Assembly (NCBI GenBank): GCA_010093705.1
Contig: MU006092.1
Location: 192,623-256,622 of the forward strand
Direction of reading: 5' to 3'
Source of the DNA: Patellaria atrata CBS 101060
Taxonomy: Eukaryota
Length of the DNA stretch: 64,000 bases
Shown: positions 25,199 to 36,969 of the stretch, piece by piece
Layout: the number at the start of each line of letters is the position of its first letter
How positions within the stretch are numbered: the stretch's first letter is position 1
Made by a program: the position numbers and the translations under genes
The notes under the pieces: model-generated
Told to the model about the DNA's origin: nothing
What the model saw: the letters and a program-made list of their open reading frames with translations, nothing else
The model's database searches: none

Positions 25199-27330
25199 TC
25201 ACACTTCCGCCGTCCGCATCTCAACAGTAGCGACCTCCGCCATTGTCTTCTCGTCACTCTTCGCACCCTCTCCCTCTGCAGCCGGTGGCGCCTCCTTAAC
25301 CTTCTTCGCCTCCATCTTCCTCTTCATCCGTTCCGCCCACTCCCTACTAGCGACCCTGCCCCTCTCCGCCGCCTCCGCCCTCGCTTTTCTTGCCGCTTCC
25401 TCCTTCTCCTTCCTCTTCCTCTCCAGGTCTTCTTTCTCGACTTTGTCACGCTTGAAGATCGCTTTTCCGGTCAAGGGTTTGCTAGCGGGAGCTGCCTTGC
25501 GCTCGCCTGCTGCTTTGTCGGCTGTCGTTGAGGCCGAAGATTCGCGAGTTAGGGAGTTGGAAGTGGTGTTGGATGCGGTGCGGGACTTAGAACTATTTGG
25601 CGCGGGCTTCGGTCTGAGAGGAGCCGCGGTGTTCGCCCCTGTTGAAATGATAGACGCACGCTTTGCCGCGGCTCCATCTGCTACACCGATAGCTGACGTC
25701 CTCTCACTGGGTAGTTCGCCTCTCATAAGGCTCTCTCTAGCCCTACTCGCTGCTGTGGTACGGACTACGGGTGCCTTTGTGGCTCGAACGAGGGGTTTCT
25801 TCATCTCTTTTACAGCGACAATGACCTCGTCCTTCTTTTCTTCGACTACATCTTTCTCCTCCTTTCCGTTCTTCTCCTCTTCCTTGGCTTTTCTGGCTTT
25901 TTCGTCACGCTTCAACCTTTCCTCTCTCTGTGCCTTCAACTTTGCAGCTACCGCCTCCCCTGGAAGCGTGAACGTCGACTTTGTTGGCGCTTTCTTCGAC
26001 TTCGGCGGCGGCGGGGGTGTAGGAAAAGATAGCGAAATGGGACGACGGCGGGAAGCGAGGTAGTCTGTTGGTTCGCCAGGAACTTTGTCCAAGTCACAGA
26101 TGTCTTTCCCTTTACCTCTGGCGGCTTCTACTTGCTCGGATGCGAGACCTGGATGCCTGGTTTTCTTTGCATCTGCCTGCGCTTTGAAAGACTTCCTCCT
26201 TTCTTCTGAGGTTATTCTTGTACTAATAGAGTGACGGACGTTACTCGCACGAGCTAGCGACGCTTTCGTAGGCCGAGGTTTAGATTCCTTGAGAGAGACC
26301 GGAGCACGGGGTACTGGTGCTTTGCGCACTGTAGAATTGGTATTTACCTGCTTCGCGGCGACAATTTTACCCGCAGTATTAGGTTTCGCAGGCATTTTTG
26401 CCTTTGCAGCTGTCTTCTTTCTCGGCTTCTTGGGAGATGTTGGCGAGTCTAGGGATGGAAGAGCCTTTCCAACTTCCTCAATAGCTTCTTCTAACGCGTC
26501 GATAGCGTCTATGGACTCTTCAAGTCGGAGAGTCGACTTGGTTGGTGAGCGGGAAGGGGAGCGGACGCTGAGTTGCTCAATAGGAGAAGTGGGCATGGGT
26601 TCCTCAGTAAGCTTCTCGGATACGAGAGTCTTGGGCTCCTCAATGGTGCGTATTGGAGTAGGCTGTACTTCTACTTCTGCGACAAGTTCGGCGTCCACTT
26701 CATCTTTGGCCGGCTCGTCTACACGGATCTCTGGAGTTGAGTCCGAAACAACAGATTCCTTCATCTGTGCGTTCGCAAGATCTTCCTCTTGTTTCGCAAG
26801 TTGGCGTCTTGTCAAGCGGACGGAGCGCGCGGGAGGGGAAACAGATCGTTCGTCTTTGATCGGGACTTGAACCATGTCTGCCAGATAACATCAGCATTAT
26901 CCTCTCTTGAACACTCAAGAACGTCGAAGATAATCAACTCACCACCGCTATCCTCCCTCATCAATTCCTCCCTCGCAGCATCGCTCGCCGGACTCCCAGC
27001 CGTGATCCTCTCATCCTCCAAAACTTCGGGTACTACCTGCTCTGTCTGCTCTTCACTCATAACGTCCTCTTCATCCTCTTCCTTTTTCGTCTTTCTACAC
27101 TTCCTCTTTGGCCTTCCTGGCGTCTTCTTCGCGCCCTTCGCGATTGGCATCTCTACTGCTTCCTGCTCGAGGGTATTTACGTCAATTTCACCTAGCGCCG
27201 CGCGTTTCTGCTGTTCAATTGGATTCTTAGTTACGAGGATGTCATCATCAACGTCTGCACTGATCTCAATGTTGTCGTTGTGGAGTCCGACGTTCTCGTT
27301 CCTCGCAGTAGCGCGCGTCTTTCGTGGCAT
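25199..27330 (-). CDS. Uncharacterised fungal protein: disordered, Lys/Pro/Glu-rich, with C-terminal coiled coils and a D-box-like motif. Exons 27330-26943 and 26877-25199.
   Basis: A GTGAGT...GCTGAT...CAG intron (26942-26878) fuses the 172-aa and 558-aa ORFs in frame. Motifs include RLEESIDAIDALEEAIEEV, FPTPPPPPKSKKAPTKSTFTLPGEAVAAKLKAQREER and ARAEAAERGRVASREWAE. Confidence 0.85.
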
Positions 27331-27439
27331 CTCGGTGGTTCCACGTAGAACTGCAGTCTGCAGGGGTTAGACAATCAGAATCCTCTCAAAAGATCCAAAA
27401 AGTGTTATGCCGTTATGAACGTTATGTTAGGATCCCAGC

Positions 27440-27547
27440 GTAAATACCTAGAATGTGGAGATTGCACAGAGTAATTATCGAGTTTATGTTTGGTTGTTTA
27501 CGAAACTCGAAGATCCATTGTGTTTGACTCGCGCAGGATGTAAACAA
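27440..27547. promoter_or_regulatory. Cluster of three forkhead-type sites (GTAAAYA) upstream of the 27330 gene
   Basis: GTAAATA at 27440-27446, TTGTTTAC at 27494-27501 and GTAAACAA at 27540-27547, all 110-220 bp upstream of the ATG. Confidence 0.55.
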
Positions 27548-28416
27548 CAGGGTCAGTGCGGAGCGCTAGGCTATATGGGGATAGACGCGACAACTTTATC
27601 TCGGGCTCAACTGCATCATCGGATGAGGGATCTGGGAAGGATTTGTAGGATACGAATAGCTTTTTAGAAGGATTATGGCTACGATTACTCACTCTTAGTA
27701 TGAGTTGAGTATAGGGTTACTGCGTTCTCTATCTATCCGAAGTAGCAATAGGTACTGAGGGAGATGTGTGACCATCACTCCGCTGAAGACCATTCGTCTG
27801 AATGTAAATTCTAGATGAGAACGTTATCATAGAGAAAAGGGATCACTACACTCTATGGATGAGCCTTCCATAGTGCAGAATCAGATAGTCATGAATCATG
27901 TCATTCGTCTGAAGTTGTATATTCTTGGACACAACAACAACTTTCGTCCGAATCACAAAATCGCACGGAGAACATATGAAATCTCCTTGATTGATACAAC
28001 TACATACTCACACCTTCCCGTCTCCATATATGACCTCACCACCAGCAGTTATGTTCACAATACCAATGCTCTATTAAAAAAAATGCAAAATGAAAACCCG
28101 TGCATTAACTAGTCGGGTACAGTAGTTCCACCCATAATGCTGGAGGGCTTTCATGGATCTCATGATGCCGTGCTTACTCAGATCCACTGAACGCCAACCT
28201 CTAGAGCACTACTCTTGGACGAGTAGGCTATGTGGTATCATGCTGCCGAGAATAACAGAAAATTTAACCAGATCTATGCGTATGCCATTCGAACACCAGA
28301 TGCACCGTCCACAACCATGCGTTGAAACAAAAGAAAGTCCATGATAGTGCCCATGAGATTAGGGTTGCCGGTATTAGTAGGAGGTAAATGCCGGCGGAAA
28401 GTGTGGTACCGGGGAG

Positions 28417-29289
28417 TCATGAGCTAACGGTCAGGGGTGATTTCATACCGACATTTGCGGACGTCGTACGAAGCGGACCATCCATTTTTTTGATAGGAGG
28501 TAAGAAGAAATTTGATCGCGCGAGCCAAGTAATAACTCGCTCATCAAATGTCTCTAGAAATCGTTCGTCCAGAGTGCGTGCCTTGGCGCCAGCATACGCG
28601 TGATATTCGGCAATAATGTTCTCCATGCTCTCACCTAGGACTTTTCGGAATGAACCAACGACGCAGCCGGTACGATGCTTCCCTTTGTTGCAGTGAATCA
28701 GGAGGGGATAATTTGAGCGGTCAAGAACAACACCAAGGGCAGCTGCCATTTGGCACGTATCGATACGAATTTCTTCCTTATTCGCACGGATGTGGACGGT
28801 GATGTGTTGGATGCCATTCTCACGCATGAATTGCACATGCTCATCAGGATATGGCTCTGGAACCACAGTCAAGACCGTCTTCAGCTTTAAGCTCTTTAAG
28901 AAGGCGTAATTCTCCGCTTGAGGAAAGCTGCTACGGTAGATTTGACGAGGGAGCACTGCGCCGAAATTTTCGGGTGGAATAAGTGACTGGAGTCTTTCTG
29001 GACATTTATGAGTATAGTCGCGCGGAGGAGTATTCGAGCGACTACGTGGGCGTGTTGAATGAACTGCATCGCACCAGTCAGACAAATTCTTTGGGAAGGT
29101 AGTAGAATCAAGGTAGTAAATACCTCTCACGGCATTCTCTTCCACTGAAGCTTGTACACTATAGCTGCCAGCATTCTCATCAGAATATGCGGCCTCGATA
29201 CTACGAGCTACTGTTTGGGCAATCTTGACAACAGGATTCGACACTTCTTCATCTTCAAACGCAACAGCACCATTCATCCTTGAATCCAT
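28417..29289 (-). CDS. SIW14: Siw14/Oca-family (plant-fungal atypical dual-specificity) phosphatase, probably an inositol pyrophosphate phosphatase
   Basis: IPPENFGAV..IYRSSFP..ENYAFLKSLKLKTVLT and the catalytic loop LLIHCNKGKHRTGCVVG. The first ATG is at 29289. A probable 5'-UTR intron spans 29564-29362 (GTATGT...CTAAC...CAG). Exact orthology within the family is not certain. Confidence 0.85.
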   Translation of the reverse strand: MDSRMNGAVAFEDEEVSNPVVKIAQTVARSIEAAYSDENAGSYSVQASVEENAVRGIYYLDSTTFPKNLSDWCDAVHSTRPRSRSNTPPRDYTHKCPERLQSLIPPENFGAVLPRQIYRSSFPQAENYAFLKSLKLKTVLTVVPEPYPDEHVQFMRENGIQHITVHIRANKEEIRIDTCQMAAALGVVLDRSNYPLLIHCNKGKHRTGCVVGSFRKVLGESMENIIAEYHAYAGAKARTLDERFLETFDERVITWLARSNFFLPPIKKMDGPLRTTSANVGMKSPLTVSS

Positions 29290-30739
29290 TGTTGAAAGCT
29301 TTGGGTTGAGGATCTCTGAAGCTTCGAGAGAAGCGTTGATTTCAAACAAGGGTTGTGTAAGCTGTTTGAAGCTTATAGTATGTAGGGGTTAGATACGGAT
29401 TATTGAGATGATAGAGAGAATACGTGTGTGGGAGAGCGAAGCTTGGGATTCTATAAGGGTAGCAATGTCTGAATGGCTTGTCAGTTAAATCGAATTTGGA
29501 TCCGCAAGCTGTTGGTTGCGCGGATCGATGAGCAGCAATGCAGCGGGGATATACACCGACATACCTTGCTTCAAAAAGAGTTATATTAACCACATCTTGT
29601 ATGATTGTAGCTGAACGGTACCGGGTGGAAGTTCAGTTCACAATGGCGAAGCTTTGGAGAGGAACAGGGAGATGTCGAGAGGGAAGGTGTGTCGTGTGCG
29701 ATCTACTTTGGACGCGTAAGGGTACCTCGCAGCAGTAGCGAGTGGTATAACCGTGGGAGATGTCAGGTACGGTTCCAAGCTCGAGTAGCTGTGTTGAGGA
29801 TGTTCAACTGTGGAACGCGGTGACCTGTCAAGCGTTTTACAGGCTCGTGTTGGGTCTCTAAGTCGCCGTGAATGCCCTATTTCTGTCTAAGATCTGCTTG
29901 GAATGGCCAGGTTGGAGGTGTCACAAGAGGTCAAGGTGTTTGAACCGTGTTGTCTGATTCACGGTGGTATGAAGGTTTCAGACATGATGGAAGAGAGGAG
30001 TGAGGCGTATTAGGAGGTCAGCATGTGGGTAGAAATCATGAGAGTGGGATAGTCAAGTTCTGGGAGAATCGCGGGTATGGAAGAGGCCGGAAGCTTTGAA
30101 GATCTAAAAGTTCTTAGTTCCACGGGAGTGCTTTAACTTTGCCTGAACTTATGACGCGGTGCCTTTGTTTTAAACGAGAAAGAAGTCGAAGGATTTGTTT
30201 GATAATCTTTCACCCTGTTTGCTTTCAACTTTTTTTCAGTCCATAAAAGAAGATTCTCATACAGTCAGTCCCTCATGATTTCATGGGGATGGGGAGGCGT
30301 GGGAGGTTGAGGCTGATGAATAAGTGGGTTGAATAAAAATGGTATGACCGTATGTGGGATTTTGTGCACAGCATAAAGGCACACCTTCCTAATAGGTGCA
30401 AACGACTCGCCACAATAAGGTAAACTTACACGTGACTCTGGGGCTTCCGGTAGAACTTTCCTTCCCCCATTTCTGCCAGTGGGCTCTGACCGCCTGAGCA
30501 ATGAACGAATCGGGCAAGGTCTCTTTCTACTCCTCTCATCTCACCTCACATCATCACATGTTCACAACTCCACCTTCAACCTCGCATCATCCTGAAAACG
30601 CTAATTTGAATTCTTCATAGCAATGAACCCTAGCTCAATTGACCTCCTTCTCCTCATCTCTTCCTAAACCCCCTCCATTAAATTCTCTTCTAAACATTCA
30701 ATTGCGTCCACCACCAACCAGAATATAAGACTCCTCAAG

Positions 30740-31945
30740 ATGGAGGTCTCCTCACCGCCTCCAGCACCGTTCAACCACACTACCCACGCTCGTCGCTCTT
30801 TTCCCAACCTCACCCACCTCTCCCTCGCACCACTCAGCTCTCGCTTCCCCATCGACGACGAGGACATCGACGTGCATAATCATCCTACACTCCACGCCCA
30901 CTTCGACTTACCGACTCCACGCACTTCATACATCCAGGGCAAATCCGCACCCACGACCCCGGGCATCTTATCTCAGAACTCCTCCAATACTCGGCTTCAC
31001 AAAACAAAGCGGAAGAGCGCATATCTACACGAGAACTACTTTCCAGCCGTTGGGCCCGGAGAGTTTGAGCTCGGTGGCGTGCCGAAAGCGAAGAGCTCGA
31101 GCGCCTTACTCCAACCCGTCTTCCAGAAAGCACATACTCGACACGTCGAACTACTCAGCGCGCAGCGGCACATCCCACGGCCCAGTATACAGCAGACCGA
31201 CGATGAATGGCTCTACCGCGCCGGCCTTGCCATAGCCTCGGAAACCCGCGAGTCAAAAGGACAGGCGTGGCTCGTAAGTCGCGACAGCTCGACCAGCCTC
31301 GTTCCCTCCGAGGAAGAAGAAACGTCAACTCGTACCTCAAGAATAACCAGTGAACAGTTTGCAGATGACGAGTATAGTCCCGTCACGCCGCGGTATTCGA
31401 GATATGGCAGCAGAGCTGGGAGCAGAGCCGGAAGTAGAGCGGCTAGTGCGAAAAATAGCCGGAGAGGGTCAAGGGTGGGGAGTAGAGTCGATGTCATGAC
31501 TGCGATTGGGAGCCGCACGTCTGGTGGTGGGGGAGACCCCGAAAGCGACTACTTCGGCCGCGATGTCAGTGTCCTCGAACCCGATTTCATCACCCCCGAC
31601 TCCGAGAATATCGACGACGAGGAGGAAATTGCGCGTCTCGCTAGGGAGGGGAGTTTTGGCCTCGGCGGTTGGGTTGACAGGCTTATTGGATGGTCACTCT
31701 TCAGTGTCGATGAAGACACCGAGGAGACGGACCACGAGAGTGAGGAAGCGGAAGGGAAAGAGATGCCTGAGGAGGAATTGGCGAAAAGGAGAATGCGGGA
31801 GGCGAGCAGGAGAAGGGAGGAGAAGGAACGGGTCACGGCTCCGCCGGCGGAACCGGTGCAAGGGGAGGGCAGAGCGCTTGATGAAGAGGGTGGATGGCAG
31901 GATGCAGCGTGGTTGTTGAGTGTTGCTTCAAAGGTATTGCTCTAA
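30740..31945 (+). CDS. DUF3984-like conserved fungal protein of unknown function
   Basis: Intronless 401-aa ORF with RRSFPNLTHLSLAPLSSRFPIDD, SYIQGKSAPTTPGIL, WLYRAGLAIASETRESKGQAWLVSRDSSTSL and terminal WQDAAWLLSVASKVLL. The family assignment is from recall. Confidence 0.85.
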   Translation: MEVSSPPPAPFNHTTHARRSFPNLTHLSLAPLSSRFPIDDEDIDVHNHPTLHAHFDLPTPRTSYIQGKSAPTTPGILSQNSSNTRLHKTKRKSAYLHENYFPAVGPGEFELGGVPKAKSSSALLQPVFQKAHTRHVELLSAQRHIPRPSIQQTDDEWLYRAGLAIASETRESKGQAWLVSRDSSTSLVPSEEEETSTRTSRITSEQFADDEYSPVTPRYSRYGSRAGSRAGSRAASAKNSRRGSRVGSRVDVMTAIGSRTSGGGGDPESDYFGRDVSVLEPDFITPDSENIDDEEEIARLAREGSFGLGGWVDRLIGWSLFSVDEDTEETDHESEEAEGKEMPEEELAKRRMREASRRREEKERVTAPPAEPVQGEGRALDEEGGWQDAAWLLSVASKVLL

Positions 31946-34899
31946 TGTTCAAATGCAAGCACTAGGTCATGATGAAACACATGTTTGAGCGTGGTAAAGG
32001 TATATAGACCGTGCGACAGGAATGCACGCTATCAGCATTACCTTCTCCGCACCAGAAATTGCGCTCCTCTACACTACTTACCGTCTGGAATTTCGCTACA
32101 TGCAGTGCTGGCTGTTACCTCACTCACAACTTTCGGAGCAAATCACCACTATATTTGTGCAGCATGAAGACTGATAGAAGGTCCCGTCATGTCGCGATAC
32201 AGTAAATATCTGTCCCTTCCCTTCCCTGGGGGTGGCCTCTCTAGCTTACCGTACACTTCAAAGGTCTCGTTAGCTACCTTACCTGTGTAGACGTCGCGTA
32301 CCACCCAACCGGGCCAAAAGAGAACGATCTTATTACATGTACGCGACCTGCATAGCAGCATCCTGATATTCACGGCAACAGATGGACTGACGAGGCATAC
32401 CGAAATACCCTTTCGAAGGGGTGACTGGTATCTCTCTCGTATTGTGGTGCATCTGGGATACTGTACCTTTACGCTTGAATGGACGTTTCGACCAGCTGTA
32501 CAAACGATCGGGAGCTCACCACGAGCTCGAAATAATATTATACAATCATCTGTACAAGAAACGTACCGTACAGTACGCCTCACCATACTGCCCGATTTGC
32601 GAGGGGGGGGTATAAGAAACCGCGAGTATGTCTTGGTCGCTCTCAGAACCAGAGGGATCTCTGTGCGGTACGGGTCAGACCGTATGGAGAACTGCAAGCT
32701 TTATGGACACCCGAATCATACATGTCTCAAATAGAGGTGCAGAATTCAATTGCGTGTGGCGCTGCTGAGTGTTAGCAAACGTACGGCTACCGGGTGTGAG
32801 AGGTAGAGGGGTAAACAAACAAAGTTGACCAGAATTGCGGTGACATGCTCTAAGAAGGAGTGCTTTCCTACGACTAGGGTGTATAGCAGACTGTATTTTC
32901 AAGCCCTAGGAGACGTAAAATCCTAAAGTTGATATCGACGACTCCACTAGAATGCGGTGAGATGGGTTGAATTGGAGTAACGTCCAGCAACGAGACTGGT
33001 TGCATCCCAAAAATCCATGACATGTCCATTTTTGAACCCTACAGAATATCAGCAAACAATAAAAAATCAATAAACTGAACAGAGGGATCCTGAAACTCTA
33101 TTCCACCATCCCTCATATAATAATTGGTCACACTGACACGTCGAATTACCTTATGGAGCGGTCTGTGCATTCGTACACCGTTTAAACCGGCGGTGAACTA
33201 CAGGAACCACAATTCTCCAACCCCAAAGTCGTACAGAAGTACGTGCTCGATAGCTGAAAATGGCGACTCTCACGTCACACAAACTGAAACTCTACGATTG
33301 TGGATAGAGAGGGTCTGTGTGATGGGTGGTCCGCATGTCCGTGCTGATTTGAGACACACCATCCGGCCCGAGCTGGAAAGCTAACGGTCCGGTAGACCGT
33401 AGTAAGCGTAGCCGAGACACGGGACGTACCGAAAGGATTTAACATCCGCCGCATTGACCAGTCGAGCCCAAACTCAAGGCCCAGCAGCCTAGAATTTGCC
33501 CCCTCATTTCTTTCGAAATAAACTTTCCCAACCCGAGATGCTTAGGGCTGAGCTATCTTCAAGGATTTCAATTAGCTTGTGATATTGCAAACGAGTCATT
33601 GAATCTGACATGAGTAAAAAAGAAGGCTCTCCATCACGGTGCCTTGAGGGGTTTCTATCTCATCTCACGAGCCGCCTCAGCCGCTCGTACTATCCCAAGC
33701 CCTAGGTAGGATTTCTATTCACCGTTGGAACCTCGGTGTCGGAAGCACTACCATTGTCATTGGCCAGTTCGCGCGGTTGATGAGATAAGCCGGCTCCTGT
33801 GGCGGATTAATTGATAACTGGGTCCTGTGGCGCTTGGTAGTGCAGAGAAAGCTGGATAGCATGCGATGTTGGACCGATATGGCGGGCTCTGATAAGGCTG
33901 AGTGTTTCTGCCCAAACCGCCGTCTCGAGATCCTGCGCGTTGTGATTGCAAGTCCGAGTGGCGTTTTGGCTTGTTGATGGGGTTTGAGCGCATGTGGGTG
34001 GGGTCGGTCTGTTTATTGGAGACGTTTTTCGAGCTGATGGTCAACGCAGCTGGTTGGTCGGACCGCTTGTGGAGCGGCGGGTTTTGTTGTGAAGATGATC
34101 TTTGGACGGTAGGGCTGGAGCTAGAGCATTTGGGCAAATGGTACCCGAATTCGGTTACTGCCGATATATATTGAAAAAGAATGATATGTGATGAAGCGGC
34201 TCGTTGCAGTTTTGCGCTGGGTATCAGCTGGGGTAGCTGTTGGTGTAACTGTTTACTAGGCGCGATGTAGCTGAATATGCTGAGGATCGGGAGCTTGGGA
34301 GAATGTAAGTTGGAGGGTCGTTCAGGCGGGTATATGCGGTGTTGCGGCGTGGTTATCTCGCAGTATCTTGCATTCATTATTCTGAACCCGCGGACAAGCA
34401 TTCCTGTCTGTTCCGAGCTCAGTATAACCAGGAGATGAGACGAGAAGATCTCAATCATGCAGCGTTCATGCGGATGAATTGTGCAGGTCCGAGATGGGCT
34501 GTTACAGTCGTATCATAAGCTAGCTGCGAGTTATGATAAGAGGTGAGGTCAGCGTTCCGCGGATTATCCCTTCTTCTAGAGAGTTGACGAGGCAACAATT
34601 CGCGATATATCTTGATAGTGACAAGATTGATATTAGCACTTCTGTCAAGGATTCCCACGGCCGAAAAGTGGATAGTGAAGGAGTGGAGACATCTTGAGTT
34701 GAAGCGGGTTTTATTGTTTCGTTCTTGCTGAACTTGCTCTTTCTCAAAGGAGAATGAATGTACGACTGCCAGAACTTATCAACGACCAGATTATCTAATG
34801 AGGAATTATTTGTCTATACTCAAAATACTTGGAATACATTACTATTTATTTAAGTATAGTGACGAAGCACGTACCTCCACTGCCTAATTATGTTCAGCG

Positions 34900-36969
34900 T
34901 CAATTACTTAAACACCATACAACAACATCTCCTTTTCTTCTCCAATCATCATGCCAATGAGTGTTGAACCCTCTCCAACATTCCACGTAACCATTATTTC
35001 CAAATGCTCCGACACCATCAAGTAATTGTTTCATCTCCTCCTCCAGCTGTGCAAAGAAGACGAGATATTCTGGCCACGCTCTCCAGTCATCCTGCCCATG
35101 ACCTTCGATAGTATCACCAGCACCCCGGATTTTATATTCGCCCTCACCGAGACATTTCGGTCCATCAGGTGCAGGATTCGAAAAGCAAGATGTTGCGCCA
35201 ATCTGCTGGGGATTTGCCATGTGATATTTTAGCCATGCAGAGGGAGAGAGATAGAACTGATCTGCTTCGTCGAGATAGAGATGTCGTTCAGAAAGAGGCA
35301 CGCTCAAAGGCGGCTCGCATGTAAGCGCCCAAGCATCGATTGAAGGATAAACAAGATGCGAGCGCCAAGGAGTACTGTGACACGGCATGAGAAAAGCGAC
35401 AGTACTTGTGCTGTTGATGCCCATGCTGCTCACGCTGCCCACTCTACCCGTCAATGCTCTCTCGTGTTGCTGTCTAAGGTATGCCAGAACGTCTAGAACA
35501 CCGCGCTGGTGATATTGGGTAGTATAGATTGCTATGATGAGGTTGGCTGCAAACAGTATTGCCAAGACGGTCCTCTTTGCTGTACTGAATGGAATTGTGA
35601 AAGCGGCAAGTGGGCCCGCTGCGAGCATATGAAGTATGGGTAGCAGGGGATAAATGAAGCGGACTTCTTTGTGAGAGATGGTACTGAGGGTCAGAATTAC
35701 AACTACAACTGTCAGAGCTATAGTGGAGAGTATGGTCTTGTTCCCTTTACGGCGATTTGCGTTTCCGCCAAGGGTGTCCCATAGTCCGAGCACTGACCAT
35801 GGTAATGCCGTCGTGAGCAATAACGGTAGTCCTTCTGTTAGATAGTAGTCCCAGCGATTCTTACCGTAGAATACTGCTACAGATTGTGCGATGTTGAAAT
35901 ACAAGAACCTCAGGGGCGGAAGCGTCCAGACTTGGTAGTAGAGCCTATCCAATAAAACGGAAGGGATAAAAACCACGACACTGAAATATGAGGTGAGCTC
36001 AACGTTTGAAAGACCAATAGAGATGAAGCATTGCAGTAACATAACTAGTGATTTGAAGGACACTTACCCACAGAACAAAACATGTCGCGCTAGAAATTTC
36101 TTCTGGTGAGTCGTGGCACCAAACAACGTCGGTAGGAAAAGGCAGATCCAGATTAGTGCGTTCGTTGGCCTAAGAATACAAGCAAATGCAGCGAGAGAAA
36201 GCGACAGAGTAAATCTATAAATCATTAGCTCTATGTATAATATGACGGTTAGTATGAATCTGACCTGATGATTTGATTACTGTTGATGTCGTGCTTCTTT
36301 ACTGTGCGTATCTTCCCGTCTGAATTGGGTATCCATTGCCATGGCCAGAACTCCAGGGCAACGAGGGTTAGTGTAGTCTCAAGGCAATTGGATAAGGTAC
36401 GGGTTGAGCAGAACCATTGCCACGGACTAACAATGGTCAATGCCAACTTCGCGTCAAGTCAGCGGATTGAGAAGAAGAAAAAGTTTTCTTATAGTGGACT
36501 ATATTGCATCTACGTACAGATAACCATGCAGATCGACTATTCTCCCCATAGATTCGCTGAGCAAGCTTCCACGTGTAAAAATCTGTACAGGCCGCGGCTA
36601 CCGCCTGCATGGTTTTTGGTCCGGCGAGGTAAAGCTCTGCTCGCCATGGTGATGAGAGCCCGAAGATGTCGGCGACTAAAGCACAAATGCAATAAACGAC
36701 GGCAAACAGGCCTGGATGGATTGACGAGCGTAACTGGTGATCCCATTCCTACCAACGCTGTGAGTTCGCAGCTGCATGAACAGCAGATATAACTCAGTAG
36801 TTCTTACCCAAGTGATCCAGGCGCCGCTGTCTCTACCAAAAGCCATCTGCCATGCTGGCTCCAGGGACTGGAAGTACTCATCTGGCTGGAAGAACGTTCT
36901 TACGGTTAAAGCGTTCACGATGCGGAAACCTATCAATGCAAAAAGCACCGTGTGTGGATGCATGGCCAT
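34900..36969 (-). CDS. GPI10: GPI mannosyltransferase III (PIG-B, GT22). Exons 36969-36808, 36748-36518, 36446-36265, 36214-36068 and 35980-34900.
   Basis: [87 protein letters not shown] and [16 protein letters not shown]. All four introns keep the frame. Confidence 0.95.

Noticed and set aside
32149..32697. 182-aa minus-strand ORF
   Set aside because: It has a non-ATG start, no motif and a non-protein-like composition.
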